From positions 44,578,001-44,642,000 of the forward strand of contig OX597837.1 in NCBI GenBank assembly GCA_951406725.2: a stretch of DNA of 64,000 nucleotides. The letters run 5' to 3'. Positions 41,471 to 58,036 of the stretch are shown piece after piece (position 1 is the stretch's first letter; the number at the start of each line of letters is the position of its first letter). The translations under genes and the position numbers were made by a program. The DNA comes from Octopus vulgaris. Taxonomy: Eukaryota. The notes under the pieces were generated by a model. That model saw only the letters and a list, made by a program, of their open reading frames with translations, was not told where the DNA came from and searched no databases.

Positions 41471-42178
41471 CGGTCAACACGCACAGAGTTCTATACAAAT
41501 ACAATAGTTCACAAGGAATATTGATTGTTGGTTCGTAGAGATTTGTTAGTTCATTATATTGTTTTTGCTGTTGTCTGGTTATCCTATATATTGTACGTAA
41601 CATTATGCTACAACACCAACACTAACCCTCAAACACCCTACTATAATTCCATTCCTAACACCCGATCCTTAAACTTAATTCAAGTCCTAACTATGCTTCA
41701 TACAAAAATATAGACGTTATCATCGGACATGAAAACTATCACAATATACAACCCCCGACGTCTCCCTCAACCACCTAATGAATACCAATTTTAACGCCAC
41801 CGCTGATAATGAACCTACCACCGGACATTCACTAAATAAAAATCACCCCACAAATTCATGCACAACACCCCCTTATAAACCAATGCAGCTTCATACGCTC
41901 AACCTCGAGGTCACAGTAGAAGACACTTGCTAATGGCGCTTCACCAGGGAGAGAAAGGAAAAGTAAGACTCATCACTTGATATATATTTTTATTATTTGT
42001 CTTTTACTTGTTGCGGCAATGCTGGGGTACCGCCTTGAAGATCTTTTAATCGAACGAGTCGACATCATTACCTTTTTTTAAAGCCTGGTGCATATTCTAC
42101 AGGTCCCCTTTTGCCGTAAACAAACTAACACCGGTGTGAAGCGGCGGTGGTGGGAACAAACACAGACACAAACACGTG

Positions 42179-42252
<74 letters not shown>

Positions 42253-43049
42253 TATATATTCGACGGCTTCTTTCAATCTCCGTCCACTAAATCCACTCAC
42301 AAGGCTTTGTTCGGCCCGACGCTCTAGTAAAAGACACGTGCCCAAAGTAGCACGCAGTGGGACTGAACTCGGCACCATGTGTTTGGCAAGCAAACTTCTT
42401 ACCACACAGCCACGCTTACGCTTATATATGGAAGAGGTTCAGATGCCCGTCAATCTTAGTAAGAATCTTTGATATCGTTCGCCTGGAGAGTGGGAACCAA
42501 GTAAGAGTAATGGTAGAAGGGAGAAGGCCAAGTTGGATGAGGAAATACAAAATCTGACAATCACACACCCATATCACCAACACGACCACTTCTTCGATTT
42601 CCGAAAATCTGTCGGTAACTTTGTACTCGTATATCGATACACTTCTATGATGTCCTGGTTCAAGCAGAATGCCACTGAACAGATCGCAACAGGGACGCAA
42701 AACATTTAGGGTAATGAAGAGAGACACTTATGATGAACCGAGCATATGATTGGTTCTGAAAGGTAGCAAATTTAGTCTGATTTTGGAGTACGTCATAGAG
42801 ATAATCTAGCTTCTGAAAAACGAACCCAAACCGACAGCGAATAGGATAGTTACTGTGTAACGACTTATGGTTAATCCTGTTTCATATTCATCTAATTTGA
42901 TATTATCCTCACTAGAGAAACGATTCGGCAATGAGCCTAGCTACGATGTGTCGCATCAAGTATTGTGTAACTTGGAAGGATCTGCCGGTAATCGCTTGTG
43001 TCTCTGTGTGCCTTACGATGCACCAGCATATGTCTTCTTTTGCCTGTAA

Positions 43050-43455
43050 CCCTCCAACGCGGAGTATAGGTCACTTATAGTTGAATTCCACGTCGCATAA
43101 TTTTTCGCTTCTGTACTTATACTCTGCCATGAATGTCCCCCTTTCTCTAGTTCCTTTTGTGTTGATCTACGCCACGAGTTCTTAGGCCTACCTCTCCTTC
43201 TATATCCAACCGGTTTCCACTTTAAAGCACTTTTCGCGACATTTGGTGTGTCTTTTCTAATTGTGCTACCAATCCACTTCCACTTTTTCTTAAATATTTG
43301 CTCCCTAATCGAAACTTGATTTGTTCTTTACCATAGCTCCATATTGCTTATGTGTTCGGGCCATCTAATTTTAAGTATACTACGCAAGCATCTGTTGATG
43401 AATGATTGTATTTCCTTATTTGACTTAACTGTTGTTTGCCTTGTCTCAGCCCCAG
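43050..43455 (-). mobile_element. RTE-type LINE 3' fragment
   Basis: IQSFINRCLRSILKIRWPEHISNMELW...KWKWIG...RRRGRPKNSWRR. Confidence 0.88.
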
Positions 43456-44149
43456 CTGAAATAAGGGATGGAATTTTTAAAGATTTTCTATTTGATTGTG
43501 TTCTTTCTTAGCATTAACATCATTCCTCGGCTCTCGCATCTCCAAAAGAAAAAATGAATATCTTCTCAATCTGCTGCCAGTCGAGATAAACATTTAAGGG
43601 TAAAGCACAACAGCTGGCAATATATAAACCGCGATTTTTGCCCCCTCGTACGTTAAGCCCTTCACGTGTATGTGGTGATTACCGCCTTTCGTTGCATTGC
43701 ACCCCTGTTGGTGAGAGTCTCGGCAGGCTGTTGACGTGGACACCTAAGAAGTATACTAGACGCAACAGACCTTGATCACTGTTTAGTTGGCTTAATTGTC
43801 ACCTGCCTGAAATTGGACCCCACATGTACTTCTTGGGCTGTCAAAGACTATACTGTTGTTTTGATACAATATCGAGTAGTTTGTCACCTGAGATCCTTCA
43901 ACGATTTTCATCTTTTCGTATCTAAGAACAAAAGCCTTAACTCGGACAACGCCTCTTTTGTACTTTACATCAAATAAAATGATTGAACGACATTTTCGCC
44001 GTTAGCAGGTCTTATGGTTTACCTTCCTTTCCTAAGAGCATCCTCCAAACTTCTAACTGTCCTCTTCATCTACTTCATATCAATATTTTCAATAACTACA
44101 TCCTTACTTAACTTTATCGATTCAACAATATAATAGTTAAAAGAACAAA

Positions 44150-44455
44150 GAAGATGAGAGCGATAGAGAGAGAGAGAGAGAGAGAGAGAAAAAAGAGAGA
44201 GATAGACTAAGAATGAACGAGAGAAAAATCAATATAGCTTTTCAGTTGTGGAGTAGATTTTCGTATACAAACATTAGACCTGAGGCTGTTTGTCATAAAG
44301 ACGAAATTTTATTTCTTATGGTTTGTTGGGTTTAAAGAAGAGAGAAATAAAAAGCACGAGAAGAAGAAGGAAGAAACACGGCAAGAAAGAAAAGAAGAAG
44401 GAGGATAAAAGTAAAGAAAGAAACTATAAAATCCGCAATAATTCTACGAACAACA
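44150..44455 (+). other. Candidate first (5' UTR) exon of gene B
   Basis: Purine-rich unique block ending AACAACA|GTAAGT; splicing to 62155 would create AACAAC-A|TG. Confidence 0.35.
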
Positions 44456-44952
44456 GTAAGTACGATCCTTCAAACTTTCGATGTGGATTTCACAAAGCGA
44501 TAACGAGATGCAGATTGATGTCAGGTTTGCTTTTGTTAATACTACTGCGGTTGCAGATATTGTTGCTATTGTTGTTGTTGCTGTTGCTGCTGTTGTTGTT
44601 GTTGTAAAGTCCAAGAAAAGTCCGGATCGAGTGGGTCTGTAATAAAAAAGGAAAACAAATTCTACTTGTGATAAGCCGGGTGTTTTCTTCCTGGATATAT
44701 AACACACAAAATTACATACGGTGTATTGTATTATCCGTTTTGTTTCTTGTTTTCATTTGCGCAAACTGTTGGATATAAATTGTTTTGAGAGGGATTTGGC
44801 TGTTATGTCTGAGGCTTAGCGGTTTAGGCGGATCTAGGAGGAGCAAGCACGTAATTGCTTCACTCGCTTGTTTGTGTATAGTGTACACACACACACACGC
44901 ACACACACAATAACATGCGTATGTACGTGTGCGTGTGTGTGTGTATAAACAA

Positions 44953-44984
<32 letters not shown>

Positions 44985-45100
44985 GATGTTTATATACATA
45001 TGTATGTATATGTATATACGCATATACATGAATACGTATGAACATACATTTTATGTGAAATTATACACATACACACAAATATATATATATCCATATATTG

Positions 45101-45137
<37 letters not shown>

Positions 45138-45279
45138 CATATACATGAATATATATGAGCATATACATATATTTATATACATACATACATACATATATGT
45201 ATATGTATACATACATATAAATACATGTATAAATGCACATATATGTGTGTGTATTTGCGTGCGAGCGCGCGTGTGATAT

Positions 45280-46270
<991 letters not shown>

Positions 46271-46665
46271 ATATATGTATATATGCGTACCTATGTGTGT
46301 GCATCAATACATATTTACATTTCGTTAATTATGATTCGAAGAGATAAGCTTCAGGTAAGTATCTTAGAAAGTTTGTTTTGTTGGTTTATTTTTAATAAAC
46401 GCTGTTTACACATTCCTCTTCTAACAATTTATGATTGATTCGCTGTGCACTTGATAATGATATGCATGTCTGCTTGCACATATTTTTTTGTTTACCTGTT
46501 GGTGTGCATATCTATTAATGTCTGACAGTCAGTCTGTCTGTCTTTCTGTATATTTTATCATCTGACCATCCATCGCTTAATCCACCCGTCCGTCTGTCCA
46601 TCCGCCCGCCCACTCGTCCGTCTTCCTGTCCGTCCACCCATGTGTTTGTCTCACTATATATCTGC

Positions 46666-46748
<83 letters not shown>

Positions 46749-46749
46749 C

Positions 46750-46781
<32 letters not shown>

Positions 46782-47514
46782 TCGGATTCGAGGGTTACCC
46801 ACTTGCAAAAAAATGTGGTAACACAACAATATTGACCGAGGTTACCGTGGTTTCTTTTTCGTAGGCTTTTCTTCCCACGGATAAACTTTATCTGCTTCCC
46901 CCTTTACACCGTACATCATGACACTGTGATACACGTTCCCGATTGATCGTTTTTTTTCCTCTTCCCTTTTTTCCTCTTTTTTCTTCTTTTTTCTTCTTTC
47001 TTTTCTTTCGTTTCTTTTCCTTTTTTCTTTTTTTCATTTTTCCCTTTAACGATCCCTTTTGAACGAAAACCTACACCACTTTTGCTTTTTGTCTCATCCC
47101 CCAAAAGAAAAGCTCTACCTTGTAATTTGTCCCATCTGTGTGCAGCCCTGTGTGGCCAATAAAGAAACTTATTCGGATAGTCTGAATGACTATCTTTCTA
47201 CCAATTCCACTGCCCATACATGCACATATCCGTCGATCACTCCATCCATCCATCCATCCATCCATTCCCACTTCTTTCTCTCTCCCTCTTCCTTCCTATC
47301 TATCTTCGTCTGTCTGGTGGTTTCTCTAATTCCCTCTCTCGCTCTGTCTATATACTCTTCTCTCCGTCTCTCTCTCTTGTTAATAGTCATACCTATTTTA
47401 GCTGGAATATTAAGATGTTCCTTTCGCAACCAGTTAGTCCTCAGTTCTGACTTACTCCCCTTATGTAGAGCAGCTGTCGACAAACATATATATCATATAT
47501 ATGCATATATGCAT

Positions 47515-47547
<33 letters not shown>

Positions 47548-47550
47548 GAC

Positions 47551-47632
<82 letters not shown>

Positions 47633-47635
47633 ACA

Positions 47636-48286
47636 ACTTATAAATAAGAGCAAACGAAAAAATTTCTAATGCCAAATATGCCGAAAAATTGGACATAATG
47701 TCCATTTACCATATAATTTTTTTCCAGTACGCACGCTATTCGAAAAAAGGTCGACAGAAATCTCTAAAAAAATTCCATTATTACCATATTGGACCGATTT
47801 CAGGGTTAGTTCTAAAAGAACCCTCCCTTCGTCAGTGATACATGTGGCAAAGAAGTAAATGAGATACTTACTCATACCCATGGAAGAAGCAAACACTAAC
47901 TCACGAGCACAACTAAGTACCCCAAATAAATCCAAAATAGAAATACTCCAGCCCATTCAAGATACGTGCGATTTGAACTGTGGCACTCACAGAGTGGGAG
48001 AGTCCGGTAGTGTACACTATTAAATTTATATCTAATGTAGGATAAAATGTTTTCGAAAAAAATTTTATCAATGGCCAGCATATTAAAAAAATACCTTTAA
48101 AGGTTAAATTATAAACAACTTATAAATAAGGGCAAACGAAAAATTGTCCAATTTTCGGCATATTTGGCATTAGAAATTTTTTCGTTTGCCCTTATTTATA
48201 AGTTGTTTATAATTTAACCTTTAAAGGTATTTTTTAATACGCAGGCCATTGATAATTTTTTTTTAGAAAAATGTTTATCCTACATT

Positions 48287-48292
<6 letters not shown>
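47636..48292. repeat. Nested direct/inverted repeat element in (TA)n
   Basis: 48027-48143 inverse of 48177-48292; 47636-47696 inverse of 48146-48204. Confidence 0.8.
47786..47841 (-). ncRNA. Hammerhead motif inside palindromic repeat
   Basis: Minus strand: CTGACGA-aggg...ccct-GAAAT-cg-GTC; stem I imperfect. Confidence 0.55.
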
Positions 48293-48374
<82 letters not shown>

Positions 48375-48542
48375 TTCAATTATATTTTTTACTATATTTC
48401 ATAAGTGAAAGAGTATTGTGTTTATCGACCGGTTTCGTTTTTGCTAATCATGACACATTCAAATCTTAGTCCATGAAGATCTTAATCCAGCGTGCTAACG
48501 ATTCTGCTAGCTCACCACCTAATAATAATATCAATAATAATG

Positions 48543-48638
<96 letters not shown>

Positions 48639-49006
48639 GTAGTAATAGCATGACCTCTGTCTATTCGTTGAATCCAATAAAAGAATATAAAAACTGTTAC
48701 TGTTATAACATTTATTATATTCACTAAATTCCTCGGTAATTTTTATTCAAATAACTTTTGGGTGATTGTAGCAGCTCCCGGTTGAGTGTGGTGGCTACAC
48801 AGATGATAGGAGATAGGAACAGAAATGGGTCAGTCGTATGACCCAGGATGTTAGAGGGAGTAATACAGCAAGAAGGTGGCCAAATCGCAATGGTTTTCAG
48901 CTGTCAACTGACAAAATAGAAAACGCGCTCAGTGTAAAAATCTACTTGGAAAATATAATAATATATTGTGTGTGTGCATGTCTGTGCGTGTATGAGAGTG
49001 TATATA

Positions 49007-49050
<44 letters not shown>

Positions 49051-49142
49051 TATATACGTGTGTATATGCATATATATATATGTGTATATGTATGTATATA
49101 TAAATATATATATGTATATATGTATGTGTTTATATATATATG

Positions 49143-49206
<64 letters not shown>

Positions 49207-49574
49207 TATATACACATATATATATACATATATATATATATACAGATATATATACACATATATATATACAGATATATACATGTATATATTGGAGTGTATA
49301 GGAGTATTCCAACCGATCAGAATCTAATCCTTGCAATGTCTCTTTTCATGCTCTGATAGTTTTCCACCCAAGGTATTTTGAAATGCAAGCTTATATATTT
49401 ATATATGTTCTGTATTTTAAATTGGATACGAAACGAAACAATTGTAGGTGAAGATGATATTTAATTAATAAATTAATTTCTATCCATTGGATGTCTCCGT
49501 CTTCAACCTTAATAATAATAATGATGATGATGATGATGATGATGATGATAATAATAATATTTATAATAATAATG

Positions 49575-49622
<48 letters not shown>

Positions 49623-49960
49623 CTTTACTACCCACAAGGGGCTAAACACAGAGGGGACAAACAAGGACAGACAAACGGATTAAGTCGATTACATCGACCC
49701 CAGTGCGTAACTGGTACTTAATTTATCGACCCCGAAAGGATAAAAGGCAAAGTCGACCTCGACTTATGCACATACATGAAAGGCATAGAGTTGGGATTAT
49801 TCTTGTAAAGTTGTTAGTTCGATTCCTGGAGAGTGGTCCGTGCATTGTGTCTTGGAACAATGTAACATCGTTTTACGTTGCTCCAGTCTCCTTGACTGAG
49901 AATAAGTATCAGCAGACAGCTGGGGCAGCACTCTCCTCTCTCCAGCTTGCATTTTATCCA

Positions 49961-50172
49961 TACACCTATTAAAATGGATCGAAAGTCCTGCTGCATATCC
50001 AAATGGGAAAGAAACCAGCGCCTCTTTGGTCTTAATTGATGTCATCATGGTAATATGTTATTATTAGGGAGAGGAAATATTACCATGATGACATCAATTA
50101 AGACCAAAGAGGCGCTGGTTTCTTTCCCATTTGGATATGCAGCAGGACTTCCGATCCATTTTAATGGGTGCA
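49961..50172. mobile_element. Near-perfect foldback MITE (96-bp arms, 20-nt loop)
   Basis: TACACCTATT... / ...AATGGGTGCA; about 3 mismatches. Confidence 0.88.
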
Positions 50173-50639
50173 TGTATAATAATAACATAATGTGAAGGCA
50201 GCGAGCTGGCAGAATCGTTAGTACGCCGAGCAAAATGTTTACGGGCATTTCACTAGTCGCTACGTTCTGAGTTCAAATTTCTTCGAAGTCGACTTCGCTA
50301 TCCATCCTTTCGGGATCGATAGATTAAGTACCATCGTTAGCACGATGACAAATGGAAATCTTTCTGACCTCTATGTACGGACGAGCATCTATCTATTCTC
50401 TTTTCTAAACATAAATTGGTAAACACCTTTAATGAACTAGTTTACAGGTGTTTCCATTGGAAAAAACACTCTTTTGCTTTTTTAAAATATCTACCCCTCA
50501 TCTAATAATAATTTTTGCAACTTATCTTTATTCTTTATTCTTATTTCCCATGTCCCCTTTTCTTCCCTTCATCTTTTCTTTCCATCTATATCTATTCTCA
50601 CACACACACTCACTCATACACATACATTTATATGCATGG

Positions 50640-51480
50640 TGCGTTGAATAAACTGTCGTCCAAATTACGCAAAAATGAAAATATAACTAACATCTTATTT
50701 TAAGAGTTATATTTACCAAAATTGCATGAAAATATCTTGAAATACTAAAGAGGAAATTTATTCAATAAAATCGCCATTGGCTTCAACCACAACCTTCAGA
50801 CGACTTCGGAATCTGCAATTCTTCTGAACGGCCTCTTTGTTTAAGTTGGTCAATACTACCGTAACCCTTGCCTTCAGTTCATCTTGTTACAAGGCGTTTT
50901 GTAGGTGTCCAACACAACTGCACCTCATACATAATAATCCAGGAAGTTGCAGTCTGGGGAGTTAGGTGGACAGATGTTAGGGTTGATGTCGTTACAGAAA
51001 TTGTCTGACAGCCATAACTGGGTTCTCCTACTTGTGCGGCATGGTGCAGGGTCCTGTTGTCGGACATAGGGTCTTCTAGCAGCCACCCACTTCACCCAGG
51101 CAGCACTACCACCTCCATGCACCTGGTGTAGGCCTCCGTGATGAGACTGAGGCCGTGTGGGAAGATGAATGGAGGCATAACGTCGCCGTAACTAGTGATC
51201 ACTTCAAACACCATGATGTTGACAGAATGCTTCATTTTTTTCAGATTGACATGCAAACACTATGAAATGTTCGTATTGAAGCTTCGGCGCGAATGCCAAG
51301 CTGTACAGCATGTTGTTTCCAAATTTCTGGCTGGGTGGATTGCATCATGGTGCTGCTTTTCTTATAGACGGTGTCCAACTGACCCTTCTATACTATGTAC
51401 TCGACAAAATCATAAAGAAAACAATGCGCATGCATGAAATAAGAAATATAAAATGGCGACAATTTACCCACCTCATCCAG
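50640..51480 (-). mobile_element. maT/DD37D-like Tc1-mariner remnant
   Basis: PYV.QQD.APC.TS..TQ.WL...PPNSPD.N.LDYYV. Confidence 0.82.
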
Positions 51481-52218
51481 GACTCTACCACAAAAATACC
51501 TGTAATATTGTTAACCTGGTATGTCGACACAGGGTTTATGAAGTATTTTGCCCGGATCGATAATCTCTCCCTCTTTGTTGTATGTATGTATGTATGTATG
51601 TATGTATGTATGTGTATATATATACATGCATATATATATATATATATATGTATGTAAGTGTGTGTTTGTTATTTGTGTCTGTGTTTATCCGACAACCGAT
51701 GTTGGTGTGTTTACGTGCCCGTAACTTAGCGATTCGGCAAAAGAGCCCGATAGAATAAGTACTAGGCTTACAAAGAATAAGTCCTGGGGTCGATATTTGT
51801 TCGACTAAAGGGGGCGCTCCAGCATGGCCGCAGTCAAACGACTGAAACAAGTAAAAGAATAAAAAAATAAAAAAAAATACGTACACATAAGTGCGCCCGC
51901 ACACACATACACTCACACACGCACACATCGACAGACGTACACACATATGAGTACACGCGCACCTGTATTAGAAGATAGTAAGTTTATGCAAGGATAGACA
52001 CCAAGCTATTGCTGGGATGGTGCAAATTCTTTAAGTCCAATTTCTTAATGAAAGTAGATTTTTCGAAAGCAGGTGAGATAATACGTTACATAATATTATA
52101 TGATATAATCGATACATCGAAACAGCAATAATAATCGGATTATATCATTAAACAACTTATGTAAATATATTCCATAAATTTAGGATTGTCTGTCCACCTC
52201 TCTTTCTCCCTCTGTGTG

Positions 52219-52383
<165 letters not shown>

Positions 52384-52478
52384 GTATATATATATGTATA
52401 TATATATATATATATACATACATGTATATATATATATGTATGTATATATATATCTATATATATATACATATATATACA

Positions 52479-52532
<54 letters not shown>

Positions 52533-52717
52533 TGCAGGTGTGACTATGTGATAAGAAGTTTGATTTCCAACCACATGATTCTGGGTTCAGTCCCTCTGTG
52601 TGACACCTCGAGCATGTATCTCCTACATTAAACTCGGGCCAACCAAAGCCTTGTGAGTGGACTTGGTAAACGGAAATTGAAAGAAACCCGTCGTATATAT
52701 GTATATATATATATATA

Positions 52718-52779
<62 letters not shown>

Positions 52780-53308
52780 TTTGTGGTTGTGTTTATCCCC
52801 CTACCATCACTTGACAACCGATGTTGACGTATTTACGTCTTTGTAACTTAGCAGTTCGGCAAAAGAGACCTATAAAATAAGGTCTAAGCTTACAGAGAAT
52901 ATTTCCTGGCGATCCGTATAGCTGATTGGACAATCAATCTGTTTGGGCAACAGTACTTTTTGGCCCTGGAGGCAAACACGCAAATACACACACACTCAAA
53001 TACACGCATACGTGCACGCGTGCGCAGAAATATACACAATTATGTATCAGAGAGAGAGAGAGAGTAAGACAGATAGCGGGAGAGCGATAAAGGGAGAGAG
53101 ACAGAGAGAAAGAGACAGTGCAATTTTATAACTGCATAGGATTGGCATACTCTCCATCTCTCGTCATACACAAAGAGAAATATGTCTATATGCATAAACA
53201 AAGAGAAAAAGTGAGGGAGTGAGGGACGGTGACAACGAGAGACACACAAAAACGAGAGGAATATCAAAATGTCTAATGTCAAATATGTCAGCGTCGAATA
53301 AGCGATGT

Positions 53309-54040
53309 CAATTAGACGGTGTCAAAACGTATAGACAAATTAGACGGTGTCAAAACGTATAAGCCAATTAGACGATGTCAAATTGTATATGCCAATTAGA
53401 CGGTGTCAAAATGTATAGGCCAATTAGACGGTGTCAAAACGTATACGCCAATTAGACGGTGTCAAAACGTATACACCAATTAGATGGTGTCAAAACGTAT
53501 AGGCCAATTAGACGGTGTCAAAACGTATAGGCCAATTAGACGGTGTCAAAACGTATAGGCTAATTAGACGGTGTCAAAACGTATAGGCCAATTAGACTGT
53601 GTCAAAACCTATAGGCCAATTAGACGGTGTCAAAACGTATAGGCCAATTAGACGGTGTCAAATCGTATAGGCCAATTAGACTGTGTCAAAACGTATACGC
53701 CAATTAGACGGTATCAAAACGTATACGCCAATTAGATGGTGTCAAAACGTATAGGCCAATTAGACGATGTCAAAACGTATAGGCCAATTAGACGGTGTCA
53801 AAACGTATAGGCTAATTAGACGGTGTCAAAACGTATAGGCCAATTAGACTGTGTCAAAACCTATAGGCCAATTAGACGGTGTCAAAACGTATAGGCGAAT
53901 TAGACGGTTTCAAATCGTATAGGCCAATTAGACTGTGTCAAAACGTATAGGCCAATTAGACTGTGTCAAAACGTATAAGCCAATTAGACGGTGTCAAATC
54001 GTATAGGCCAATTTGACGGTGTCAAAACGGATAGGCCAAA
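53309..54040 (+). repeat. 28-bp tandem satellite, ~26 units (CAATTAGACGGTGTCAAAACGTATAGGC)
   Basis: Head-to-tail units with no spacers. Confidence 0.95.
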
Positions 54041-55251
54041 GCGTAGGGCTATAACGTTTCATATCTTTCTCAAATACATACACATCATATATAACCATGT
54101 ATATTGACAATATATTTATTTTGACAAGGGTGGTGAACCAGAGAATTACTAGCACCCCGGGCTAATTGCTTAACGGCGTTTCGTCTGTCTTTACATTCTG
54201 AGTTCCAATTCCGCCGAGGTCGACTTTGTTTTCATCCTTTCGGACACGATGAAATAAGTACCAATTTATTACTGGGGTCGATGTGATCTTCTTACTCCCC
54301 CGCCCAAACTTGCAGGCCTTGATAAAATTTGAAATCAATATATTTATTTCAGAGAATACGGACGAATAATCCAATGCATTGAAAGATATTTCGAAAATTA
54401 TTTCACCTTTTAATTTACAACTCAATATACACAAGGTGTTTCGTCCGGTTAGAAAATTTCTGAGTTCAACTTCCACCGAGGTCGACTTTGCCTTTCATTC
54501 TACGGAGAACGATGAAATAAATACTAGATGATTAGTGCGGTCGAGCGAATAGACTTACCTCCTACTTCGAAATTACTGGTCTTTTGCCATAAAAAAACCC
54601 CAAAGAAAGTGGAACTAACATAGTTCTATAATAAATTTAACACAACCCCATTCTTAAACATCTTCGTGGAACTCCGTCGGTTACAACGACGACGATTCCA
54701 GTTGATCCGATCAACGGAACAGCTTGCTCGTGAAATTAACTTGCAAGTGGCCGAGCACTCCACAGACACGTGAACCCTTAACGTAGTTATCGGGGAGATT
54801 CAGCATGACACAGAGTGTGACAAGACTGGCCCTTTTGAAATACAGGTGCAACAGAAACAAAGAGTGGGAAAAAGTTGTGGTGAAAGAATACAACAGTGTT
54901 CGCTACCAACTCCTGCCGGAGCCTCGTGGAGTTTTAGGTGTTTTCACTCAATAAATACTCACAGCGCCCGGTGTGGGAATCGAAACTGCGATCCTACGAC
55001 CGCGAGTCCGCTGCCCTAACCACTCGGCCATTGCGCCACCACATTCTTAGACACAGTCGTAGGAATAAGCAATACCTCAGTATACACGATAAACACTGGT
55101 CTTCATAAGCACTGAGAATACTCCCAGTGATAAATAATGGATGTAGTGAGATTGCTTTTGAATTGCAGCCTTGGATTCTCACAAAACAGAACAAATATTG
55201 GACCGTAACTGATATTCGAACACGTAAATAGACCAACCTGTAAAACAATAT

Positions 55252-55722
<471 letters not shown>

Positions 55723-55812
55723 CAATCTTGTGACAGACACGTGAACCCTTAAGAACAGTTTCACCCTTTCATTTCCACGAGGTACAAGCTGAACTCACGA
55801 ACCAGACATATA

Positions 55813-55946
55813 GGCGCAGGTGTGGCTGTGTGGTAAGAAGCTTGCTTCCCAACCACATGGTACCAAGTTCAGTCCCACCTTGGGCAAGTGTCTTTTGCTA
55901 TAGATTCAGCATTGTGAGTGGAATTGGCAGACAGAAACTAAAAGAA

Positions 55947-55984
<38 letters not shown>

Positions 55985-56194
55985 CGCTCCCGTGTGCATG
56001 TTTGTCCCCCTACCACAGGGCTTAACAACCGGTATTGGTGTGTTTACGTCGCCGTAACTTAACGGTTCGGCAAAATGAAACCGATAGAATAAGTACCAGG
56101 TTTAAAAACAAAAGTCGACTCATTCGACTAAAAAAATTTCTTCTAGGCGGTGCCCCAGCATGGCCGCAGTCTAATGACTGAAACAAGTAAAAGA
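55813..56194 (+). mobile_element. SINE family A
   Basis: Degenerate forward copy, head-to-head with 55252-55722. Confidence 0.8.
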
Positions 56195-56202
56195 AAAAGA
56201 TA

Positions 56203-56283
<81 letters not shown>

Positions 56284-56339
56284 TACATATATATAATTAC
56301 ATATATATGCTATATATACATATATACATACATATATAT

Positions 56340-56411
<72 letters not shown>

Positions 56412-58036
56412 ATATATTGTGTGTGTTAATCAATATTAATGGTTTTCTTTCATTGTAAACCAGATGACCATTATTTCAACGCCACCATACGTCCATCGCT
56501 CACCATTGATGCATCACCGTGTCTTAATGACCAGCTGGTCAGCTTTATGAATTGGGAGTGACCAGAAGATACAACAGCTACTACTACTACTACTACCACC
56601 ACCACCACCACCACCGCCGCCACCACTACCACTGCCATCGCCATCAGCACCATCACCACCTCCATAACCACTACCACGACCACCGCCACCACAATCACCA
56701 CTGCCACTATCACAACCTACTACTACTACTACTACTACTACTACTGTCAGCAACAACAATGAAGACAACAGCAATACATTTCGCCCGTGAAGCTTCTATG
56801 AGGTTACTTGATATGCTAGAAATAATAGTCAGACTTCCTCAAGTCATGCCTCATTATCTTAAAAGTTGAAAGATATGTTGCGAGCTGACCAGGAGTGGGG
56901 GGAATAAACATTAATAGCAAAAACAGCAATTATAACAGCAGCAGCAACAACAACAACAACAACAACAACACTAAAGAACAAATATCTAAGCAACCACACC
57001 AATTACCTTTATTTAAGCACGAGTACTTACAGGGTTGTCTTTATGTGGTCTTTTTACCTCCTAGAAATAATGACTAAATCTAGATCAAACTATAGCAGTT
57101 CGGCAAAAGAAACCGATAGAATAAATGTGAAAATATGTGCTGGGGTCCATTTTTTCAACTAAAATCTTGAAGGCGGTGCTCCAGCATGGCAGTAAACCGA
57201 TGACTGAAGCACACAAAATGTAAGCCTCACAATACCAAAGCGAGAAGCACACACACACACATACATGCACATACACGCTCACGCACACACACACACACAT
57301 GCACACACATACACATACATGCACGCACACACACGTACACACACACACACCTCGTGCTTCATTCTCTCTTTCAAACTTCGAACAACACCTGTAGGAAACG
57401 TGGGAGTGTTGCTTTTCTTATGTGTAATTTGTGGGCGGAAATCCTTGAGTGATGCAAGTCCTGGTCAACCATCATAGAACGAACAGGAATCCAACCTTTT
57501 GTAAATTGCGATGCGGCTATTGTTCACAACAGAACATGCGCAGCCTGTAGAAAGGTGTGCCTTTCAGTTGAATGATTGAAAAAGCATGTTAAAAGATTTC
57601 CGGCTGCGGCACTTATTCACTCTGCCTGACTGCGCATTGTGCAATAGAATGAGCAAATCTTTGGCCAGGCTCAAGAGCCATACAAGGGCCTCACACTGCA
57701 TCATCAATGTCTTATTTCAATGAATCTTTCTTCCAATGGCTTTGCTCATTCCCAAATTTTATTTAATTGGCTCTGCGGGAGCAACTGTTTTATTGAAAGC
57801 GTATATTATTATTAAATGCTCGAAATACGAGACTAGAAAAAACAGCCAACAACTGATGAATGGTCGTTCTTTATGTTGCCTCTCTTGTTTTGCCTTTGTG
57901 TCTTTCGCTGTTTGAAAAAATAGTTCATACTCCATGTACTCGTACTTCGTATTTTTTTTTTGTTGTACACGTTTTGTGACGTCCTGTGCCCACATATGCA
58001 TATATATATATATTTATATATATATCTGTAAAATAA

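Noticed and set aside
42430-44100. Unique-looking segments flanking the RTE fragment
   Set aside because: Stop-riddled and probably old LINE debris; no assignable family or exon structure.
46331-46360. ATG...CAG|GTAAGT as the first coding exon of gene B
   Set aside because: Phase 0 is incompatible with the phase-1 start at 62155, and the joined frame stops quickly.
53309-54040. CRISPR-like regular 28-bp repeats
   Set aside because: Units are contiguous with no unique spacers, there are no cas genes, and the context is eukaryotic; this is a satellite.
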